From the NCBI GenBank assembly GCA_049322915.1, contig JBMOPW010000020.1, positions 160,001-224,000 on the forward strand: DNA of 64,000 nucleotides, written 5' to 3'. The notes under the pieces are model-generated. The model searched no databases. It saw only the letters and a program-made list of their open reading frames with translations, and was not told where the DNA came from. A program made the translations under genes and the position numbers. This stretch comes from Candidatus Zhuqueibacterota bacterium (GTDB lineage: Bacteria; Zhuqueibacterota; Zhuqueibacteria; Thermofontimicrobiales; Thermofontimicrobiaceae). This document shows positions 60,381 through 64,000 of this stretch, piece after piece; positions within the stretch are counted from its first letter, which is position 1, and every line of letters starts with the position of its first letter.

Positions 60381-62645
60381 TCAATCCCGATAGCGCGGCA
60401 GGGATTTCCGATACTCATCCACGCGGAGCCCAATTTTTTCCACCGGAATTTGTTTGAATCCGGTCGCAAACGCCGGGGAATTTTCTTTCAGCCGAAAATC
60501 TTCTTTTTCGAAATTGACAAAGCCGGGATTTTCTTTGAGCACAAGATTGTCTTTGAATAATTCCGCGATGCTTTCTCCCACATCCGTGTGATAGATGTAG
60601 CCGGCTTCATTGTCCAGGTTGAGATAATATGGCTCCCAACCGGCCGGGGCAGTTTTGACATGCTTGCAAATGATGGAGTCGGCAATCACATTGTTTTTCA
60701 TGGTGATGACCGACAGATCGTAGGCGAAGAAATCATACAGTTCGATCCATTTCCCGGCGACGGAGATGTTGTTCAAAATGCGGTTGTTTTTGGGAACCGC
60801 CGGATCGTCGTCCAGCAGGGTCCGCAATTCCGGATACTTTTCGCTGTAGGGCGGCTCAGTGGCAGTCAGCGCTTTCAATGAATCGAACAGCACCGGATAG
60901 GTTCCGTCGAAATAATAGCTGGCCCAGCTCAGGCCACGCGCGTCGAGGACAATGGAAGGCTGACAGGCAATGAACACGTTGTTCTGGACGAGATTGTCGC
61001 GCCCGCCACCGAGCAATGCGCCGCGCCCGGATTTGTAGCAGATGTTCCCGTAAATTTTGAAGCCGGACGCGAAGTCGTCCAGATAAATCGCGGTGACGCC
61101 ATGCAGCCCGGGGCCTTTGAGATGATGGAAATAATTATAACGATACTCATTGCCGCGCCAGGTATAATTTCGACCGGTGTGAGTCGCGCCGGCGTCGCCG
61201 GTCTCGTTGCAGACATTGAATATTTCGTTGTATTCCAGCAGGTGATCGTTGCCGCAGATATACATGCCTTCGTGCGGCGCGTCGTGAATGACGTTATGGG
61301 CGACATACTGGCCCACGCCGGAGATGAAGATGGCGTACTGACCAGTCCGCACCCAAGTGCTGTAATGGTGGATATAGTTATTGGTGGCGAAATTATGCGC
61401 CGGCGTCAACGTCTTCCGGCTCCCGCTTTTGAGCAGTATCCCGCTCTTGGCCACGTCGTGAATGTCGCTGCTGGTGATGCCGTTGTTCGACCCGCCGATA
61501 ATGACGACAGCATCATCGCCCAAAAAGCTGAAGTCGCAGCCGGCAATCGCATTATTCGTCCCGCCGGAAATGGTGACGCCCTGTCCCCGCGAGTATTTGA
61601 AAGACATTCCCTCCAGCCGAACGCCGTTGCAATGGCTGAGGCTGATCAGAGGCTGGTCGAGAACCGATGCGTAGATTTCGCTGTTATCGGGATCCCCGGG
61701 CAGCCAGACGTACACCGTGCCAGAGTCCCGGTCGAGGTACCATTCTCCCGGCGCGTCCAGTTCTTCGGGAAAATGGAGAAAATAGAATCGCTGATTTTTG
61801 GTGTAGCCGTAATGATGATGCGGCTCGGCCAGCGTGATTTCGCCCTTTTGAAAATCGATCGCTTCAATTTTCTGGTAGGAATCGCTCCAATCCCAGGTCC
61901 AGTAGCCGTGGAGGTAGATGTCGTCGACACGGGCCCAGTGAAGCGGCCTGGCGCTGGTGAATTTGATCTTGCCATAATGCCGTCCCACCGGAACGCCATC
62001 GAACCGCTTCTCCCGCTCCAGCCCTTTGTTGAGAAGCCGCTCGCCTGTCTGAGGCACATCGGCGATGGTCAGCCACCCTTCGTTGGGGTAGCGGGCCGGC
62101 GTCATTCGCTGGCCCTGGCTAAAAAGCTCGAGTCCCGGAGCGCCGCGCTGGGTGATGTCCCCATAATCGGAAATCCCATTGGCCGTCATATCGAGCTGGA
62201 TGACGTTCCCCCTGGCTGGCGCCGGCAGGCGGTCGAGCACGCTGGTATCGGTTACAATTTCAAACCCGGTGAGGCGCTTGCCGCCCATGACTGTGACTTC
62301 ACCGTCGCCGTAATTTTGCCAGATGATCCGGGATTCGGTGTCGCCGGCATTCAGTGAGTCGAGGCGCAGCGTCTCAGCGAATGGGTATAAGCCGGCCCGC
62401 ACGCGAATGACGATGCTGCTGGCGGACTCAGCTTTTTTCAATTCGCGAATTCGCTCGCTGGCCTGGTGGAACGTGGCCAGGGGTCCATCGCTGTTGGTTT
62501 CGTTGGGGCGATCCAGGGCGCCGGACCAGGCGTCGTTCCCGAATGGGGAAATGTACAGCGTGATGGTCTTTTCATTTCGAAGAGGAGAACAAAATGCAAC
62601 GAGAAGCGTGAGGGACAGCAGAGCTAATAACGTGTGGATTTTCAT
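60381..62645 (-). CDS. Right-handed parallel beta-helix protein (GH141-like)
   Basis: YISP.GND.WSG, ARYPN, ELDAPGEWY, DAGA and AIYLDD motifs; parallel beta-helix repeats. Confidence 0.85.
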   Translation of the reverse strand: MKIHTLLALLSLTLLVAFCSPLRNEKTITLYISPFGNDAWSGALDRPNETNSDGPLATFHQASERIRELKKAESASSIVIRVRAGLYPFAETLRLDSLNAGDTESRIIWQNYGDGEVTVMGGKRLTGFEIVTDTSVLDRLPAPARGNVIQLDMTANGISDYGDITQRGAPGLELFSQGQRMTPARYPNEGWLTIADVPQTGERLLNKGLEREKRFDGVPVGRHYGKIKFTSARPLHWARVDDIYLHGYWTWDWSDSYQKIEAIDFQKGEITLAEPHHHYGYTKNQRFYFLHFPEELDAPGEWYLDRDSGTVYVWLPGDPDNSEIYASVLDQPLISLSHCNGVRLEGMSFKYSRGQGVTISGGTNNAIAGCDFSFLGDDAVVIIGGSNNGITSSDIHDVAKSGILLKSGSRKTLTPAHNFATNNYIHHYSTWVRTGQYAIFISGVGQYVAHNVIHDAPHEGMYICGNDHLLEYNEIFNVCNETGDAGATHTGRNYTWRGNEYRYNYFHHLKGPGLHGVTAIYLDDFASGFKIYGNICYKSGRGALLGGGRDNLVQNNVFIACQPSIVLDARGLSWASYYFDGTYPVLFDSLKALTATEPPYSEKYPELRTLLDDDPAVPKNNRILNNISVAGKWIELYDFFAYDLSVITMKNNVIADSIICKHVKTAPAGWEPYYLNLDNEAGYIYHTDVGESIAELFKDNLVLKENPGFVNFEKEDFRLKENSPAFATGFKQIPVEKIGLRVDEYRKSLPRYRD

Positions 62646-62783
62646 GCAGATTCCTTGTGCTTGGTCAATCGAACTGCGTTACGAAAAATTCAGTGAGTCG
62701 CACTGTGGACTCAATCTGTCATTTGAAAACAATCAGATAAACATGAACCAGGGGAAGGTATTTCTTTGTTTTGAAATTTTCAA

Positions 62784-62812
62784 AATGTAAAAAAATATCC
62801 GGCCATTGTCAA
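62784..62812 (-). promoter_or_regulatory. Putative sigma-70 promoter of the sugar utilisation operon
   Basis: Minus strand TTGACA-N17-TACATT. Confidence 0.65.
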
Positions 62813-63048
62813 TAAGTATTTGTGAATTATTTGGGATTCAGGCATACCCCGGAGCCAGGATTCGGACGTGCGGTTGAGCTACCCACCGAATTTTGGGCCG
62901 GCATCAGCATACGGCGAATGCCCGGAGGCGCGCCGTCGGGATTCTATTGGAGCGAAAAAAAAATGTATGATTCCTGAAAAAAAATTCTTATCTTGCCGGA
63001 GCTAATTTGTACACCAGAGTGGTTGCGCAGAGAAACACGGAGAACAGG

Positions 63049-63612
63049 ATGATTAGACTGGTTGTTGCGCTGGGAAATCCGGATCGGCAGTACCTGAAAA
63101 CGCGGCACAATATTGCCTGGCAGTTCATCGAATATTTATCCTTTTACAGCAATCTGGATTGGCAGAAAAAATTCAAGGGCGACTATGCAGCGCGCAGGTT
63201 TTCCGGCGAGATGATCTATTTTCTGAAACCGCAGACTTACATGAATCGCAGCGGAGAGAGCGTTCAGGCGCTGATGCAATTTTACAAGGTATTGCCGGAA
63301 GAGATGCTGGTCATTCACGACGACCTGGAACTGAATTTCGGTGAGGTCGGATTCAAAAAAGGCGGGGGAGTGGCCGGCCACAATGGGCTGAGGTCCATCG
63401 TCGCGTCGGCTGGCGCGGGCGATTTCTATCGGTTCCGACTGGGCATTTCCCGGCCAGACCACGGCAATGTCACGGCCTGGGTGCTGGGCAATTTTTCCGG
63501 GGATGAGACCATTCGGCTGTCGGGTTATCTGAAAAAAGCTGCGGCGATATTCGAAGACCACTTCACCGGAAATCTGGAAACACTGAGCGCTAAAACCAGA
63601 TGCATCCAGTGA
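63049..63612 (+). CDS. pth: Peptidyl-tRNA hydrolase
   Basis: LGNP...Y..TRHN, KPQTYMNRSG, HDDLEL, GHNGLRSI and RLGISRP. Confidence 0.95.
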   Translation: MIRLVVALGNPDRQYLKTRHNIAWQFIEYLSFYSNLDWQKKFKGDYAARRFSGEMIYFLKPQTYMNRSGESVQALMQFYKVLPEEMLVIHDDLELNFGEVGFKKGGGVAGHNGLRSIVASAGAGDFYRFRLGISRPDHGNVTAWVLGNFSGDETIRLSGYLKKAAAIFEDHFTGNLETLSAKTRCIQ

Positions 63613-63641
63613 CGTCAGCCCGGCGCGACCGTCCAGTCGAA

Positions 63642-64000
63642 TTAAACGTTCTTCTTTTTGGGGTCGAAATAGTCCAGTTTCTCCATTTTGCTGTGCAGGG
63701 TGCTGCGCGGTATTTTCAGCAGTCGGGCGGCATTGCTGATGTTGTGCGCGGACTCTTTCAACGCCCAATCAATGACGCTGCGCTCGTAGTCGCGCAGCAG
63801 TTCATCGAATGACCTGTCTGCCGGGAGCGGGCTTCCGGCGGCCGGCGCGGCGGGTGACTGACGCGAGAGGGCAGTCGGCTCTTCCGCGAAATTCAGCACA
63901 TCAATTTCCTGAGGCAGTGCCAGCATTCGCTGCACCGTGTTTTCGAGCTCGCGCACATTGCCCGGCCAGTGATAGCGCATCATCCGATCGAGTTGGGCCG
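63642..64000 (-). CDS. Sigma-54-dependent regulator, C-terminal part (5' end outside the window)
   Basis: [10 protein letters not shown] and a Fis-type HTH (NISNAARLLKIPRSTL). Confidence 0.9.
   Translation of the reverse strand, partial: AQLDRMMRYHWPGNVRELENTVQRMLALPQEIDVLNFAEEPTALSRQSPAAPAAGSPLPADRSFDELLRDYERSVIDWALKESAHNISNAARLLKIPRSTLHSKMEKLDYFDPKKKNV

Noticed and set aside
62830..62945. tRNA or tmRNA-like fragment (TTCGGACGTGCGGTTGAGCTACCCACC)
   Set aside because: No GTTCRA T-loop, acceptor stem or CCA end could be built.

Overview
Bacterial chromosomal window, probably from the FCB superphylum (KSB1/Calditrichota-like). This placement is inferred from the GWxTD proteins, a C-terminal PNPFN sorting domain and a Bacteroidota-style sigma-54/ABC-permease locus. 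Ordinary content: two GWxTD proteins, a DUF5009/NagX-like acyltransferase, an S8 protease with 5 PKD domains, GlcD-like, M14 and S46 enzymes, araA with a solute-binding protein and histidine kinase, GH1, a sugar ABC operon and pth. The unusual signals are mostly non-coding. (1) A four-helix-bundle (IVS/Avd-like) gene lies between inverted arms of tandem 7-mer repeats, and gene-less copies of the same architecture occur elsewhere in the window. (2) A tandem array of six divergent MacB-type permeases has heptamer hairpins at all five internal junctions, nested at three of them. Four of the six genes carry a duplicated dead copy of the gene end exactly 47 nt past the real stop, suggesting a cassette-like array built by recombination at gene termini. 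(3) A four-level nest of inverted-repeat mini-elements sits at 23.7-24.2 kb. (4) An AT-rich OLD-family nuclease is followed by a degenerate attC-like site. (5) A decayed Nal1-like trypsin protease lies next to an intact stand-alone prodomain-like ORF. All calls come from motif reading only; no searches were run.
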